DNA of 64,000 nt from Novakomyces olei (Eukaryota). The stretch is taken from NCBI GenBank assembly GCA_016906335.1, contig JADEYG010000003.1, positions 248,001 through 312,000 on the forward strand, written 5' to 3'. Both the position numbers and the translations under genes were made by a program. Of the stretch, positions 39,846 to 51,603 are shown in pieces. Position 1 is the first letter of the stretch. Every line of letters begins with the position of its first letter. The notes under the pieces are model-generated. The model ran no database searches, had not been told where the DNA came from, and was given only the letters and a program-made list of their open reading frames with translations.

Positions 39846-40646
39846 CTGTTTGTAGCATGATGCTTTTCTTATGAATAAAAGATAAGATTTCTTTTTATTT
39901 TGGGTTTTTTTATTTATTTTTGGTTTCTACGCAATTTTTATTTTTGAATTGTGAATTACGGCCTTGCTCAGTGCGGGCTGGTAATGGCAGACTGATGGCC
40001 TTTCACTTCTTTTTCTGTTTACCGGTTTCGAGTTAATCATCATCTTTTTCCCAACTATTTATTTGTTCTCCTTTTATTTCACTGTTTCTGGTTTGGCTTC
40101 TTTCTTTCCAATGTCTTCTTGGGATGTAGATGGACTACATACTGGGTTAAGTATAGCAAATAGCATAAATATCGGCTAATTCATATTGATCACTTGATTT
40201 CATAGACTTGACTCATTCCATTAGAGCGAGATAGAATGGCTACAATGAGGAAGAGGCAGCAAGAGTTTTTCCAGTTTAAATTCGCTGCTTCATGTTACAC
40301 AAGTCAAAGAGAATATCAGCTATAGACATTTGGGCTTTGATACGTAAAATTAACGGAGTAAACTCCAAAAATAAAAGAAATAATTGCCGAGAAATCAAAA
40401 ACCAAATTGAATCCCAGACGCATACTTTGAACATATCCGTAGTCTACAAACGACTTTTCACAACTCAAGACTAAATCATTGTCCATCCTTAATATCGGCA
40501 GTGGGAACAAAATCATTGCCGATTTACTGTTTGTTGATAATAAGTCAAATAAATTATTATTCAACTAAATTATTATGAAAATAATTCGCTCGCCTACTGT
40601 TTAATAATTTATTAATGACAAACCGCCTAAACAAAAAGTAGTCGAA

Positions 40647-42063
40647 ATGGCGTTTTTGGCGCGCATTGGCCTCGGCCACGCTCAGCGTGTTCTTCCACGC
40701 GCATTTAAGCTTCAGTGCAAAATGGTTGCGCCCACAATCTGCGGCTGTGCTCGGCGATGGCAAAGTTCAGAGCGAACAGAAAAAGATGATTTATTTCGTT
40801 TGGAGCGTACAACTGAAGAGAAAATGCAACATTTGCGCTCACAATTGGATCAGCCGGCAAAGCCTGTTGGGCTCTTGACCCGATTGTTTAGAGCAAATTT
40901 GCGTGTTCTTCACACGCTGGTGGGAACAGAAGTCTCTGAAGATTTCGCCCGTCGGTCACGGGAAGGAAACCCAATACTCCTCTACGAACTGGGTCCTCGG
41001 CAGCAATGGGCTTGGCGTAACGTTTTCCGTATAGTTCCGCTGATTATGATCTACTTTGTGGGCAGTTTTGCCTTTGACAACCTTCGGCCTGTTTCCGATA
41101 AGCCGGAGCTTGAACTATTTCGCGTAAAATGGACGGGCGCTTCGGCAATGGAAAAGTTTTGGGCTATAAATGTAGGGTTCCTGTCTATAATGTGGATGAT
41201 TGCCTCTGTTGCCTCTTTGAAAATACCGCAAAGGTTTGTACCCTTTCAATTACCCGACTGACGATAGAATGGTGCGGCAAATTGAGTATGATCAGAGCTC
41301 TAGATCACTCCATATTTTTCTTGGTCTCTCAAAACCGATTTTTACCTCGTCCCCGGCACCATTAATTGTTGCCGCACGAGACGTGACTTTGCTGTCTAAG
41401 CCTCCGAGTATGTGATGTGCTACTTTAATCCGTCAACATTGCCTTGATGATTTATTCTTGAACCAATCTTTTAATCTTTTAATCTTTTAATTTTTATTTA
41501 ATTATTCAATTTTTATTTAATTTTTATTTAATTATTTATTTCTGCCAATTTTTGATATTTTGGTTCATTGTTCCGATCCTGCAGCGTCTCTTGCCCTTGT
41601 CTAACATTTAGCTTTTAAACCGAGTTTGAGTGAACGTGTGGGCCGACTACGCGTGAGCACGGGCGGAAAAAACAAACTTACTCTTATCGACCTGGACGGG
41701 AAATTCTCGCCGGCCTGGCTCGATCTTCACCCCAATGACTCTGTCGAGTGGAACGATGAGTTCCCCTCTAATAACTCTGTACCCGAACTTATCTGGTCTC
41801 GGTATATGAAGTATTCGATAAGGCCTATACGTGCCTTTGGGGATATATTTTTCTATAGTGGACCTGAAGAAAGGGGGTTGATGATTCAGCGTATGCTACG
41901 CGCGAGCGATGCTTCACAGCGCGAGGCAGAGGATTTAGAACGCCGAGGAGTAGACAAGCCAGCTGTTCAGAGGAAAGTGGAAGAGTTATTAAGGCAACGA
42001 CGGGCGGCCGCTGCTGCCGCAAGGGCTGCTTCTTCTACAAAGGCTCAATCACCAGAGGCCTGA
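40647..42063 (+). CDS. Mitochondrial two-TM protein, TMEM223/Mrx15-like
   Basis: Presequence; two hydrophobic segments followed by IPQR|MVRQIEY...LIDLDGKF; two introns. The family call is by eye. Confidence 0.5.
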
Positions 42064-42250
42064 AATGTTTCTGCTCTGTTTTGACCCCTTTTCCTCATTG
42101 TATACCCATGTAGTAATAAGGTTTTCCGTTGATGCCGGAATCCAAATCTAAATGTACACATTTTGCAGAGCAATCGGGTGCAGTGAAAAAAATGTTAATT
42201 TTATTAAATGCTAGTACTCTAAATTATAATTCTTTTTGGCATGTTTTGTG

Positions 42251-42543
42251 TCAGGGGTTTAACGGCCGGCTGTGGATGCGGACTGCCTTTTTCAAGATAC
42301 TTCGGATAGTCTTCATTTGAGACTGATTGTATCGTTTTTTCACCGTATCGTGCTTGTGCGGATTACGTCGGCGTCTTGCTATACGAGTTAGCCACGGATC
42401 CAAAGACAAATACTTGCCTTGTCGTTGAGCCATCTCTACTTTTCGATCATGGGTTTCCTGTCTCTTTAATCTTTTTGCGAATAATATACACAGCCGACAA
42501 ACGTCGCACGTGCACACGACTCTCTATATGTAAACTTTCCCAT
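42251..42543 (-). CDS. Possible small basic protein
   Basis: Tentative spliced model MGKFTYRES|LKRQETHDRKVEMAQRQ|ARRRRNPHK...IHSRPLNP*. It uses a GCAAGT..GCTAAC..TAG intron; the first intron is weak. Confidence 0.3.
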
Positions 42544-42731
42544 GACGCACGCCCACCACTATTCTGCCCCACAATCGACCGTGTTTATGAATAGTAGCTG
42601 CAAATAGTGACTAGCAAAATAAAAGGTAGTTTGCAGCTATTTTCCAGCTATTTTCCAGCTAATTTTCAGCTAATACTTTTAATGCAGCTGGTAATGGGTA
42701 TAATGTACAGTATCCATAAACTGCACAGGCT

Positions 42732-43247
42732 TCATGTTTCAACGCGTAGAGCTTGTAATCCGAAAAGCCCATCAAACACGGGCACAAGGGCACACACGTA
42801 GACGTAGATGCGGGTAGCCTCACAGTCCTCGGGCGCGTCTCTGTACACACCGATCGGAATAGCTTCCTCCGTGACTGCTCGTCCCGCAACTGCCTCTGCC
42901 GCTATGCCACGAACGACTTGGACGGCTTCAGGGTTAACGTCTTGTTCGGTGAGGGGAAAGAGCTCTGACCCGAGCGCAGCGGCACAGTCCTCGAGACCAA
43001 ACTGCGGCTTTTCCGACGGGCATTTTATATGGAACGGAGTAAACTCCGAGTCTGTTTCCGAGCCGTACTGGCCATCGTAAATGACGTCTTTTAGCTGCGC
43101 AAGGAGAGGGCTGTCCGCTATCGCTTGTGGGAGGACGTTTTCCTGTGGCGTTTGCTCGCTTGAAACACGAGTGCCGATGGCTCTGCCACTGGAAGTTTGC
43201 GAACTGTGGTCGGTGCTCGACGCGTCGCTGCCTGCCTGCTCCGTCAT
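42732..43247 (-). CDS. NuiA (nuclease A inhibitor)-like protein, 171 aa
   Basis: Intronless acidic ORF: LLAQLKDVIYDGQYGSETDSEFTPF...IGVYRD...IYVYVCAL...GLFGLQALRVET*. Matches the NuiA pattern including the terminal VET. Confidence 0.7.
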   Translation of the reverse strand: MTEQAGSDASSTDHSSQTSSGRAIGTRVSSEQTPQENVLPQAIADSPLLAQLKDVIYDGQYGSETDSEFTPFHIKCPSEKPQFGLEDCAAALGSELFPLTEQDVNPEAVQVVRGIAAEAVAGRAVTEEAIPIGVYRDAPEDCEATRIYVYVCALVPVFDGLFGLQALRVET

Positions 43248-43457
43248 GTTTTGTCTACAATTCTGGATTAGGGTTAAATGGCTATTCGTCATAGCTATAT
43301 ACTCTATACATTTTGGCTCGATTAACAGGATCGTAGGCGGCGAGTAATGGCATTTCACTTTATTATTTATTTATTTGAGTTTTAATTATTTATTCAAATT
43401 TTGACCATTTTAATTTTAATTATTTTAATTATTTGTTCAAATTATTCCTTCCTCGTA

Positions 43458-43672
43458 CTTTAGTAGACGCTATAGCAAACTCTACCGCACTTTAGTAAAC
43501 GTACCGCACTTTAATAAACGTACCGAACTTTAGTAAACTCTACCGCATACCGCACTTTAGTAACGTATCGCACTTTAGTAAATTCTACCGCACTTTTAAA
43601 CATACCGCACTTTAGTAAACTCTATCGCACTTTAGTAACCACACTTTAGTAACGTATCGCACTTTAGTAACG
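43458..43672. repeat. Degenerate ~19-bp minisatellite (TACCGCACTTTAGTAAAC)n
   Basis: About 11 diverged copies between the NuiA-like and KRE6 genes. Confidence 0.9.
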
Positions 43673-44253
43673 CTACAATGTGGCTTGTGGCCCCTGTCTG
43701 CGGTTATTATACATATGAAAATACGGGTGTAATGATAGGCAAAAACGTTTTTCGCTTCGCCATAAAACTTGCGAGTAATTTAAACCGCTGGCGCAATCGG
43801 CGAATGTGCCCGATTTCTGCGGATATAGTGGATTTTCTATTAGTATCCTGTTTGAGTAATAAATCGCCTAACCGTTACGCGTCTGTGCCACACGCCGAAG
43901 AAAATTGACTTTGGAAAACTGACTTGGACTGTGCACAAGAGCGTTTGCGTTTCCGCTGGACGAGTCGTGTTGCGGACGTACGCGTACACTGCGCACTGCC
44001 ATTGACGCAGCGCTCTCCCACTGTCTGCCGAGACAATTGCAGTAGAACTCTGGCAGCACATATTAGCGGCTCTACACATTTTGGCTCTACACATCTAGCT
44101 CTACACATTTAGCTCTTACACATTTTTGGCAGCGAACACGAACAGAGGAGGGCGCAGTATAGCGAATTGCCACACGAACAGAAGAGGGGCGCAGTATAGC
44201 GAACTGCTACCGCTGCTACATAGGCCAAACGCGCGCTAGACAGCTTGCGACAG

Positions 44254-46557
44254 ATGGCCCAGCAGCCAAACGGGCCGGGCCGCGGTGTTCGCGGTGCGCG
44301 CCCGTACCAGGCCGATACCGGCCGTTCGTTAACGGACGCACCTGCACCAGCGCGAACACGCAATTCGCTCAACCCTTTCCTTTCCGAATCCGAGGCCGGC
44401 GATACCGCGTCAGAGGGCAGAGCGAGCCAGGACAGTGCCAACCCGTTCCTGTCTGTATCAGAGCGGCGGCAGAGCAGTGCAAATTACGGGTCAAATTACA
44501 GTACAAATTACAGTGCAAATGGAGGCAGCAGAAACAGCAGTGGCAGAGCACCGTTCGGAGCCAGCGGCAGCTCAGGTCTGCGGGCGAGTTTTGGAGAGCG
44601 ACCAGCGTCGCCTGCGTACCTACAGCCGAACGCGTCGTTCGCTATGTCGCGTACTTCCTCACAGGGGTCTCTGCAGAGACGGCCATCGTCTCTGCGGTCC
44701 TCGTCGTACGCGTCCTCCGTCCACGACGCGTCTGACGACCTTATTGACAGTGTACGGACGGGTCTTACTGGCAACGATTTCGGGCCGTATACGTACGAGC
44801 ACAACCACGAGGGCAATAGCAGTAATAATAATGGCAGTGGCAGTAATAATAATGGCAGTGGCAATAATAATGGCAATAACAATAACAATAATAATGGCAA
44901 TAACAACAACAATTACAATAACAATTACAATACAGACAGGCGGCCGAGCAACGTGTCAGAGCCGCTCTCTGACGAGGATGTAGTGCACACACAGAATATT
45001 CAAGAGAAATTTGCTCTTGCTGGTCCGGCGGGCGACGAAGAGCATTTGCTATGGAACCCGAGTGTCAAAGAGGACGACGATGAGCTGCACAATCCTGATC
45101 CGCGAGACAGCGGGATGAGACCCGGTCGTGGACGGCCGTTTGGTGTACGGGGCGTCTACAATATCGGCTGCCTCGTCTTTCTCGTTATTGGCGTAACCCT
45201 ACTTTTCGTAGGGTACCCCCTTATAACCCGGCTGAAGCGGGCCGTACAGGGCCCTCCCTCGTGCCAGCTGTACGGGTGCCTTTCCACGTCTGCCCGCTAC
45301 GGCCATCTGCGCCGGGTCAGGACTGCCCTGGTGGACCCAGACACTCCTGCCAGTGCTCGTACAAAGCAGAGTGCCGATGGCCGTCAGTACCAGCTCGTTT
45401 TCAGTGACGAATTCGAGACTGAAGGCCGAACGTTTTACCCAGACGACGATCTCTACTTTGAGGCCGTTGACCTTTGGTACGGGGTCACTGAGGATCTGGA
45501 GTGGTACACTCCCGACGCTGCTATTACTCGTGGAGGCAATTTAGAGATAAAATTTGACGCTTTTCCCACTCGTGGCCTCGATTTCCGAAGCGCAATGGTA
45601 CAAAGCTGGAATAAGCTGTGCTTTAAAAACGGAATTATCGAGATGAGTGCCTCACTGCCGGGACACGGGAACGTGTCCGGCCTTTGGCCCGCTGCCTGGA
45701 CTATGGGCAACCTCGGCCGGCCGGGATACGCGGCCACTACTGACGGACTGTGGCCTTACTCCTACCAGACCTGCGACTCGGGCATCACTCCCAACCAGAG
45801 CCGGCCGGACGGGCTCTCTTACTTGCCGGGAATGCGTATCCCTGCCTGCCTGTGTGACGCGAATGACGCTCCCAACGGGTTAACGAACAGAGGCCGTTCG
45901 GCTCCAGAGATCGATATTATCGAATGCACAAGTGCCCAAGTCGGTGGAGTAATGACGGGAACTGCTTCCCTCTCCGACCAAATGGCTCCGTTTGACGATT
46001 TCTACCAACCAAACTATGAGTTTGTAGAGATTTACAACTATTCAATCACGGATATTAATACTTATCGTGGAGGGCCCTTACAACAGGCCTTTTCCGGTCT
46101 CGCTGTCCTCAACAATGCGTGGTACGAAGGGGGCGAGGGCGAATACCAAGTCTACGGGTTCGAGTATGAAGGGGGTGGCGCTGCCGACTCTTTTGTTCGC
46201 TGGCACGTGGGGGATACGCCACAGTGGCAGTTTTATGCTGCCGCTGTTGGACCAAGCGGCAATATTGCACAGCGAACGATCTCGGAGGAGCCAATGACGA
46301 TGATCTTTAACGTGGGGCTTTCCCAGTCTTTTACATACATCGATTGGCCCAATATGGTTTTTCCCGCAACTTACCGCATCGATTGGGTGAGGATTTACCA
46401 GCCGCAAGACGAGGTCTCTGTCACCTGCGACCCACAGGGATGGGAGACTACGGACTACATTAAACGGCACCCGGAAGCTTACCATAACACTAACCAGACT
46501 AAATGGGAGGGAGCTGGGTACACGTGGCCCAAGAACAGCTTGATGCACCAGTGCTGA
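44254..46557 (+). CDS. KRE6: Beta-1,6-glucan synthesis-associated GH16 protein Kre6/Skn1
   Basis: Intronless; poly-Asn N-terminal tract, one TM segment, LVFSDEF, QSWNKLCF, GLWPAAWTMGNLGRPGY, RSAPEIDIIE, WPKNSLM. Confidence 0.93.
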   Translation: MAQQPNGPGRGVRGARPYQADTGRSLTDAPAPARTRNSLNPFLSESEAGDTASEGRASQDSANPFLSVSERRQSSANYGSNYSTNYSANGGSRNSSGRAPFGASGSSGLRASFGERPASPAYLQPNASFAMSRTSSQGSLQRRPSSLRSSSYASSVHDASDDLIDSVRTGLTGNDFGPYTYEHNHEGNSSNNNGSGSNNNGSGNNNGNNNNNNNGNNNNNYNNNYNTDRRPSNVSEPLSDEDVVHTQNIQEKFALAGPAGDEEHLLWNPSVKEDDDELHNPDPRDSGMRPGRGRPFGVRGVYNIGCLVFLVIGVTLLFVGYPLITRLKRAVQGPPSCQLYGCLSTSARYGHLRRVRTALVDPDTPASARTKQSADGRQYQLVFSDEFETEGRTFYPDDDLYFEAVDLWYGVTEDLEWYTPDAAITRGGNLEIKFDAFPTRGLDFRSAMVQSWNKLCFKNGIIEMSASLPGHGNVSGLWPAAWTMGNLGRPGYAATTDGLWPYSYQTCDSGITPNQSRPDGLSYLPGMRIPACLCDANDAPNGLTNRGRSAPEIDIIECTSAQVGGVMTGTASLSDQMAPFDDFYQPNYEFVEIYNYSITDINTYRGGPLQQAFSGLAVLNNAWYEGGEGEYQVYGFEYEGGGAADSFVRWHVGDTPQWQFYAAAVGPSGNIAQRTISEEPMTMIFNVGLSQSFTYIDWPNMVFPATYRIDWVRIYQPQDEVSVTCDPQGWETTDYIKRHPEAYHNTNQTKWEGAGYTWPKNSLMHQC

Positions 46558-46732
46558 TGTGGTTGCCATGGGGATTGAGGTCACAAGACCATTGATTGAT
46601 TCGCTGAGGGGAAGAGTGCCGAGTTGCTATTGATAGCGTGTTTGCTATAGGCAGCGTGTTTGCTACAAAACAAGGACGGGACCTTTTTGTATCTAGTATT
46701 ATTCTCAACGCTCTGTTTTATTCCATTTTGAT

Positions 46733-46870
46733 TTTGTCACTTCATTTTTGTCACTTCATTTTTGTCACTTCAGTTTTGTCACTTCATTTTTGTCACTTCA
46801 TTTTTGTCACTTCATTTTTGTCACTTCATTTTTGTCAATTCATTTTTGTCACTTCATTTTTGTCATTTTT
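46733..46870. repeat. 15-bp tandem repeat (TTTTGTCACTTCATT)x~9
   Basis: Visible directly, downstream of KRE6. Confidence 0.92.
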
Positions 46871-47264
46871 GCCTTGTCCCGTATTTATAGTTCACCGACT
46901 TTTTTGAATATTTTCCGTGTTTATGTTTATCATACTTGAAAAAAAGGCGTTTGATTGCAGACGCCTACTGTGAGTGTTATTTGCGTGCTGTGCATGCCAC
47001 CGATTGCCTTGTGGATGCTTGGCACATTGTGCGAATCAAATTTAGATGGCAACACCTGCGGGTCGATGAGATAATTCGTACTTTGCGCGACGAATGAATA
47101 GCATTTAGAAAGGATTATTTGTGGATTTTGGAGGGCTATAGATGTTGATAGTGACGATCGGTCGTATAGCTAATACCAGATTGCATTGTGCACATGACGG
47201 GTCTGCCGTGTCTATCCTATTATAATAATTGATAGCTAATCAAAGCTATGAAAACGTTGATGTT

Positions 47265-47606
47265 ATAAATTGAATAAATTGAATAAATTGAATAAATTGA
47301 ATAAATTGAATAAATTGAATAAATTGAATAAATTGAATAAATTGAATAAATTGAATAAATTGAATAAATTGAATAAATTGAATAAATTGAATAAATTGAA
47401 TAAATTGAATAAATTGAATAAATTGAATAAATTGAATAAATTGAATAAATTGAATAAATTGAATAAATTGAATAAATTGAATAAATTGAATAAATTGAAT
47501 AAATTGAATAAATTGAATAAATTGAATAATTTGAATAAATTATGAATTGAATAAATTGAATATAAATTATGAATTGAATAAATTGAATAAATTATGAATT
47601 GAATAA
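47265..47606. repeat. 9-bp tandem repeat (ATAAATTGA)n
   Basis: About 29 perfect copies followed by degenerate ones; gives rise to the spurious poly-NKL ORF. Confidence 0.97.
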
Positions 47607-47707
47607 AACAAAACGAATTAAAACCAAATCTATACGGGTATTAATCTCATCACGATTGAACGTTTCACAATCTCAGGGCTGGTAGAGCACCTCCTCCATG
47701 CACCCCA

Positions 47708-48844
47708 TCAAGCCCTTATCCAGCCCGGCTTATCCAGCAGCTGATCGAGCGGCCAGTCGCGCACTCTCTGAGCATCCCAGGCGGTAGTGTACCCGAGGCG
47801 GTACATTTCCAGTCCGGCCCAGGCAACCATAGCGGCATTGTCACTGCAAAGCTCAGGCTGAGGAAAGTAGACGCGCATTGTCGGCCCCAACTGCTCGAGC
47901 AGCATTTTACGCAGCAGCCCGTTCCTGGCGACTCCGCCGCTGCATACAAGGCTGTTTGCTGCCGAGTTTTGTGCAGCCATAGCCGTTCTTCTTAGAATAT
48001 GCTGGAACGCCAGCTGCTGGCCTCGGCGGCCAATGCTCTTCCTCTCCGGCTCAGTAAGCCCACTGCTAGTGAGCCGCTGTAGAGCACTCCCGAGCCCGGC
48101 AAAAGTGTAAAACAACGAGGCTACATGCTTCGGCTTCGTCGTTAGCGGCTCAGGCACAGGCCAGGACAGGTCCATGTCTCTCACACTATAATCCCCCTCA
48201 AAGCTCCACTGCTCAAGCGCAGCGGCCGGCATTTTGCCGCCCCACGGAACACTTACGGCACGTGCCAGCTTGTCCAGCATATCCCCAACGGCCACGTCCA
48301 TCGTGGAAGCCAAAACTTTGTGCTGCGTAACGCTGTGGGAGAGCACGAGTAGCGTATGTCCGCCCGACACGAGAAGGCTCAAGTACGGAAACTCGGGTTC
48401 CGCTCCGCCCGACTCGAGACGTGGAGTGAGAGCGTGCGCCTGCATATGGTGCACTCCGATAAAGGGCACCCTTAACCCTAGGGCTAAGCCTTTTCCAACA
48501 TTGAGGCCCTGGGCCAGACTGCCATTCATGCCGGGGCCGCGTGTGGCCGCTACGAGTCCAATACGGCAGCCACTTGGCAATTCTTGCAGAGCGCGATACA
48601 CTAGCGGAGCAGTGTTTCTCGACTGCGACTGCATTGCCACGTCCGGGTGAATGCCTCCATACTGCTCTGTCTCGTCGAGGCACCGTACAGTGTGCATTAA
48701 ATGCACCTTTGCCGGTGCCAACACCGATCCTTGTTCAATCACACACACACTCGTGTCATCGCAGCTTGTTTCGATGCCGAGAACGCAAAAGCTGCGACGC
48801 AGCTTTTGCTTTGATTGGACGACGAGTCGTCTCGCGCTCTGCAT
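47708..48844 (-). CDS. QRI7: Mitochondrial tRNA t6A threonylcarbamoyltransferase
   Basis: Intronless; VLGIETSCDDT, GVHHMQAHALTPRL, LLVSGGHT, SGGVARN, CSDNAAMVAW. Confidence 0.93.
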   Translation of the reverse strand: MQSARRLVVQSKQKLRRSFCVLGIETSCDDTSVCVIEQGSVLAPAKVHLMHTVRCLDETEQYGGIHPDVAMQSQSRNTAPLVYRALQELPSGCRIGLVAATRGPGMNGSLAQGLNVGKGLALGLRVPFIGVHHMQAHALTPRLESGGAEPEFPYLSLLVSGGHTLLVLSHSVTQHKVLASTMDVAVGDMLDKLARAVSVPWGGKMPAAALEQWSFEGDYSVRDMDLSWPVPEPLTTKPKHVASLFYTFAGLGSALQRLTSSGLTEPERKSIGRRGQQLAFQHILRRTAMAAQNSAANSLVCSGGVARNGLLRKMLLEQLGPTMRVYFPQPELCSDNAAMVAWAGLEMYRLGYTTAWDAQRVRDWPLDQLLDKPGWIRA

Positions 48845-49421
48845 TAGCACATGAGTTGGAAATAATTTATAATAATAGTAAATAGTAAATAAAACAATGA
48901 ATAATGAATAATAAATAATAAATAATAAATAATAAAATAAAATAAAATAAAATAAAATAATAATAAAACAATAAACAATAAATAATAAATAATAAATAAT
49001 AAAATAATTGTTGAAATTGTTCTTGTTGAAAAGATGGATTCATATTATTTTGCTAGTATCTAATGCAATTATAGATGATTAAACCTAACCATAACTCTAA
49101 CCATAATTCTAGGTTATTTTTCTAGCACGATTTTAGATGATCTTAGACCAAGATCAGAATTTATTAGATTTATTATAAATATTTAAATAGGTGTTAGTCA
49201 AGTCATAGCAATAGTATGCCAGAATCAGTTAGGGTTAGGGTTAGTTATCTTACCGTAACACTAACTGTTATAAATACCGGCAGAAATAATTTAATAATTT
49301 AATATATCTTTTCACAAGCAAAGTAGCATTTTACACAATAATAGTATTCTAACAACAATCTAACAATATGATAAATAATAAAAAATAATAAATAATATTT
49401 GAACGCCTGAGCATAGCGTTC

Positions 49422-50908
49422 ATGGACGCAGTAGACAGGGTCGAGCCTGCGCCAGAGCAGTCGGCGCGACTCGCTCACGCTGTTTTTGGGACACAGTACC
49501 TGTGGAGTGAAGGCGGCGGCCTTACACAGGAAACGAGTCGAGCCAGGCAGCTGGCTAAAGTACGAGCAGAGTATGAGGGAGCGAAACGGCTTCCTGCTTT
49601 TGTACAGGAACAGCGTCAGGCAATAAAGGCTCCGAGCCGGAAACTGCTGACTGCTGGTCAGCCAATTGCTGTCGAAGAAGGCGGAGGACAAGATCAAGGC
49701 ACAGAATCGGCTTTGGCTGTGCGGAGACGCCATATACTGAACGATTCTGGCACTTCAGCTGGCGGCAATGCGCTTTTGCGAAGACACCATGGCGCTGCCG
49801 CTGTAAAGCCGCAGTGGCATCAGCCTTGGAAATTAATGCGCGTAATTGCCGGCCACCTGGGCTGGGTCAGGTGCCTTGACGTTGAGCCGGGCAACCAATG
49901 GTTTTGCTCTGGAGCTGGAGATCGTACGATAAAGATATGGGATTTGGCTAGTGGGACACTTAAACTCTCCCTCACTGGGCACGTGTCCCCGGTAAGAGGC
50001 CTTGCTGTCTCGCCCAGGCACCCGTACCTTTTCTCCTGCGGCGAAGACAAGATGGTAAAATGCTGGGATTTGGAGACGAACAAGGTTATTAGACAGTACC
50101 ATGGGCATTTGTCGGGAATATACTGCTTGTCGCTGCATCCAACGCTTGACGTTTTAGTCACCGCTGGACGGGACGCGGTCGCTAGGGTACGATGCTTTTA
50201 TAGGTCTGCACTATTACGCTCGCCACTAACTTTACAGGTTTGGGATATACGGACAAAGCAAAATGTACATGTCTTACGGGGCCATCAGTCCACGATTGCT
50301 TCAGTAAAGTGCCAAGAATTTGACCCGCAGGTAGTGACGGGCTCAATGGACACGCATATCCGACTATGGGATTTAGCCGCGGGTAAATCGATGGCCGTGT
50401 TGACCCATCACAAAAAATCTGTGCGGACGCTAGCACTACACCCGCGAGATTTCACTTTTGCCAGTGGGGCTGCGGATAACATTAAACAGTGGAAGTTTCC
50501 AGAGGGCAGTTTTCTGCAAAATTTTGATAATCAGCATTCGATTATTAACACTTTATCCGTAAATGAGGACAATGTTGCGTTTGCTGGCGGGGATAATGGA
50601 TCGCTTTCGTTTTTCGACTGGCCGTCAGGTCATTGCTACCAAAATTTCCAAACTACAGTGCAGCCAGGCTCTATTGAATCTGAAGCTGGTGTATTTTGTA
50701 GTACGTTTGATAAGACGGGTCTGCGCTTGATTACCGGCGAGGCGGACAAGAGTATAAAAATCTACAGACCAGACGATGAAGCGGTATGCTTATTTCGAAA
50801 TTTGTTTTTATTATTATTATTATTATTTTATATTTTGCATGGCTTTATGCTTACAACTAGACGGAGGAGACGCATCCATTGGACTGGAATCCGTCGCAAG
50901 TGCGGTGA
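49422..50908 (+). CDS. PRP46: Spliceosome WD40 protein Prp46/PLRG1
   Basis: KPQWHQPWKLMRVIAGHLGWVR, WD repeats, RLITGEADKSIK...DDEA|TEETHPLDW; introns 50187-50237 and about 50784-50860. Confidence 0.95.
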
Positions 50909-51225
50909 AAACTGGTATGATCTATTACACACGCACAAATACCGGAATTCACTGATTTATTTGCGTCAAAAAAAAAAACAAAAAAAAAACCCCCCGGCTA
51001 GCCAGCGGCTATCGTGCCTTGTTGCGTTTTCCGCAACTTCTTGTAGTAATACGACTTGCGATATAAACAAACTTGACAAATGTATTAGATAAAGCGAGAG
51101 TAGATTTTTTATATGCTAGTTATGCTTGTGACGGGTGCCCTTGAGCTTCGTTCCGCGAATAGATCAGTTTTCCTCATTATACAATTCTCCCCTCATCATA
51201 AAGACGCCGTTCAGCCAACTCCGCA

Positions 51226-51603
51226 TCAGCCTCCGACTTTATGCACTTTTGTGCGGGCGTCGACTGCCCTTTTCAAGTCCCCGACAAAGCTCTTTGGCCG
51301 GTATTTAAAGTTCTTCCCGGACCAGGCTGTGGTAGACTTTGTTGTCCATTCGTCTTGCGGCTTGTAATAAACGGGCCGAGACCCACGAGCCGACGGCGGC
51401 TGGTGGGCTCGCTCGTTCACGCTGACCCAGGACTTGCGTAGCAGTGCCGAGATCTGGGCCGCATTGAAAGACGGAGCCTGGCTAGTGCTGTTAGCGCTCA
51501 TGCTCGGTGTACTGCTAGCACCAGTCTGTGCAGGCAGCGTTGGGTGTGGAGAAGGCTGTACAGGTTTATGGCGAGCTGCCTGCGCTGAATAAGACTGTCT
51601 CAT
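51226..51603 (-). CDS. Hypothetical protein (start uncertain)
   Basis: 125-aa ORF, SFNAAQISALLRK...PVYYK...AWSGK...FVGDLKRAV. An ACTAAC..CAG near the start suggests a possible upstream exon. Confidence 0.5.
   Translation of the reverse strand: MRQSYSAQAARHKPVQPSPHPTLPAQTGASSTPSMSANSTSQAPSFNAAQISALLRKSWVSVNERAHQPPSARGSRPVYYKPQDEWTTKSTTAWSGKNFKYRPKSFVGDLKRAVDARTKVHKVGG

Noticed and set aside
43458-43672. CRISPR-like appearance of the repeats
   Set aside because: No unique spacers, no cas genes, and a eukaryotic context.
50909-51092. C-terminal extension of the 556-aa PRP46 ORF
   Set aside because: Read-through of the last intron; splicing restores the conserved TEETHP ending with a stop at 50908.
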